Positions 63,480-64,000 of a stretch of DNA of 64,000 bases are shown here, in pieces; position 1 is the stretch's first letter; the number at the start of each line of letters is the position of its first letter. Position numbers and translations under genes: made by a program. The notes under the pieces were generated by a model that saw only the letters and a list, made by a program, of their open reading frames with translations, did not search any database and was not told the DNA's origin. The DNA lies in the NCBI GenBank assembly GCA_028534125.1, contig CM052816.1, forward strand, positions 96,908,001 through 96,972,000, written 5' to 3'. Source of the DNA: Lama glama (taxonomy: Eukaryota).

Positions 63480-64000
63480 CTTCTATATGTAAACACCTTT
63501 CAAGTGGAAAATGAAGTTAAAGCAGCACCATTTACAATGGCAGAAAAAAATATCAGGACGTACTTGAGAACAAAATCAACAAAAATAGTCAAGGCTTGTA
63601 TATAAAAACTAAAACTAATGAGAGAAGTTTCAAAAGACCTATGACAATAAATAGGTATATTACATTAATGGGTTGGAAGATTGCACATTGCAAGGATACC
63701 AATTCTCCTTGAATCAATCTATACATTCAATGTGATTCTAATCAAAATCCCAGCAGGCTGCTGTAGAAGCAGACCACCTAGACCTAAAATTTACATGGAA
63801 ATGCAATTTACAAGGAAACAAACAACCCAAGTCAAAATTTACATGGAGAAGACTTAAATCTGCCCAAGCAACTTAGAAAAAGGGTAACAAATTGGAAGAT
63901 TTAAATTACCTGTTTTCAAAACTTGTGGTAAAGCTAAACAGTCATGACTGTAATACTGGCATAAAAACAGGTACACAGATTAAGAGAGGAGGCTTCAGGG
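63480..64000 (+). mobile_element. Old L1 ORF2 remnant (post-RT region)
   Basis: ccatttacaatggc, gggttggaagattgcacattg, atacattcaatgtgattctaatcaaaatcccagcagg, tactggcataaaaacag. Confidence 0.9.

Noticed and set aside
60440..64000. Potentially active L1
   Set aside because: Heavily mutated, interrupted by a DNA transposon and another L1 piece, and lacking any intact ORF

Overview
This is mammalian nuclear DNA, most likely camelid (alpaca/camel), judged from a tRNA-derived vic-1-type SINE at ~55.78 kb. It contains three 500-N assembly gaps. No long ORF or recognisable protein family is present, and there are no prokaryotic features. Much of the window is interspersed repeat: old and young L1 pieces, L2, MIR, MaLR LTRs, about eight ERV-type solo LTRs and hAT/Tigger MITEs. 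Repeat family names are from memory of consensus sequences, not from a search. Four non-repeat signals stand out: (i) a CpG island at ~23.5-24.9 kb with a minus-strand first-exon donor, followed by a chain of minus-strand candidate exons that could encode a ~54-aa micropeptide or be a lncRNA; (ii) a probable terminal coding exon with poly(A) signal of an unidentified minus-strand gene at ~59.7-59.9 kb; (iii) a double CRE palindrome promoter-like element at 44.57 kb; (iv) a CpG-retaining LTR with an AT-rich but CpG-rich flank at 51.7-53.1 kb. Several retrotransposition events have readable target-site duplications (TSDs): a tailless half-tRNA-Cys retrocopy, a twin-primed L1, an apparent L1-mobilised MaLR fragment and a three-level nested insertion. 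All gene models are inferred by eye from splice motifs and are unverified.
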